Positions 62,960-64,000 of a stretch of DNA of 64,000 nucleotides are shown here, piece after piece. The notes beneath the pieces are model-generated. The model was not told the DNA's origin. It did not search any database and saw only the letters and a program-made list of their open reading frames with translations. The first letter of the stretch is position 1. Each line of letters starts with the position of its first letter. The stretch is from Octopus sinensis (taxonomy: Eukaryota). Made by a program: the position numbers and the translations under genes. The stretch is taken from positions 17,856,001-17,920,000 of the forward strand of contig NC_042997.1 in NCBI RefSeq assembly GCF_006345805.1, written 5' to 3'.

Positions 62960-64000
62960 CTCATAACTCAGCTAGTTAGGAAGAGAGTGAGCCTAGATGA
63001 GATGCAGTTTGGTTTTGTGCCAGCTAGAGGCACTACTGATGTTATCTTCTGGGTGAGGCTATTGCAGAAGAAGTATTTAGCCAAAAATAAACCTCTGTAT
63101 TTGGCTTTTGTTGACATGGAAAAAGCTGTTGACAGGCTCCTTTGCTCCATTATCCAGTGAGCAGTGCAGAAATTAGGGATAACTGAGTGGTTGGTGAGAG
63201 CTGTAGAAGCTATGTACATGGATGCTGTCAGTAAGTTGAAAGTTGGTAATAAGTAAAGCAAGGAATTTAATGTACTGGTGTATTCACCATAAATCATTCT
63301 CAGCCCCCTCTTGTTCATCATAGTTCTCCAGGCCTTAAGAGAGGAATTTAAGATTGGCTGCCCTTGGGAGCTCCTACATGCTGATGACCTTCTTATTGCT
63401 AATCCTTACCAGAACTAGAGAATAAATTTCAAGTGTAGAAGTAAGGTTTAGAATCATGTGGCTTTAGAATTAATTCACCACAGACCAAAGTGAGATATGG
63501 ATTCTGGCTACTGAGGACATTGGAAAACTTGAAAGAAATGAAGCTAGCATGCTCCATTGGATAGATAATGTCAGTGAGCATGTACAATAGAGTGTAAGTG
63601 ATTTGAGTGCAAAAGTAGCTATTAGAGGCATCAGACGTAGTGTGCAAGAGAGAAAACTGCACGGGTATGGTCACGTGATGCATACTGATGAGGACAACTG
63701 CATCAAGAAGTACTGATTTCTAATTGTGGAGGGAACGTGAAGAAGTGGTAGACTCAGGAAGACATGAGACAACATGGTAAGAAAGTGTCTTCAGTCTTTG
63801 GGACTCACAGAGGAGATGTCAAAGGACTGAGACTTCTGGTGATTTGCTGTGCTTGAGAAGACACATCAAGCTAACCAAACTGAGAGGTCCTTGTTTTGCC
63901 AGCTTGTGGGTGCTGGTGCCATGTGAAATTATTAATGCTACATAAAAGTGTCCGTGCTGGTATGATGTAAAAGAGCTCGTGCCAGTGTCACATTAAAAGC
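62960..64000 (+). mobile_element. RTE-family-2 LINE, 5'-truncated and internally deleted
   Basis: LDEMQFGFVPARGTTDVIF..AFVDMEKAVD, LLHADDL, LERNEASML, GYGHVMHTDEDNCIKK. Confidence 0.88.

Noticed and set aside
1-64000. CRISPR arrays, rRNA genes or prokaryotic-type operons
   Set aside because: There are no regularly spaced repeat-spacer arrays or long intact ORFs; the sequence is eukaryotic repeat-rich DNA.

Overview
This is AT-rich, microsatellite-dense animal genomic DNA, most likely from an octopus or another cephalopod. That assignment is inferred from the SINE and LINE families present, not from a database search. I cannot support any intact host protein-coding gene. Nearly all listed ORFs are transposon remnants, antisense read-throughs of them, or microsatellite translations. 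Only two weak plus-strand exon candidates remain (17011-17081 and 53811-53869). The window is a graveyard of transposable elements: RTE, CR1-like, L1/Tx1-like and R4/Dong LINEs, Penelope-like elements (PLEs), mariner/Tc1 relics, MITEs and several tRNA-derived SINE families. Four signals stand out. (1) At least five distinct families of minimal type-I hammerhead ribozyme motifs with palindromic helix III, two of them physically linked to PLE GIY-YIG remnants. One family sits downstream of a tRNA-like Pol III promoter; another lies in a 433-bp insertion with a 13-bp target-site duplication (TSD). (2) A ~13-kb stack (35-47.8 kb) of 5'-truncated R4/Dong LINEs, nearly all head-to-tail and separated by (AAT)n. 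(3) Three copies, within that stack, of a ~550-bp non-coding element that appears to use the same (AAT)n target. (4) An RTE copy with a twin-priming-like inversion, plus several fold-back duplications centred on (TA)n. Element boundaries were read by eye and are approximate unless a TSD or terminal inverted repeat (TIR) is quoted.
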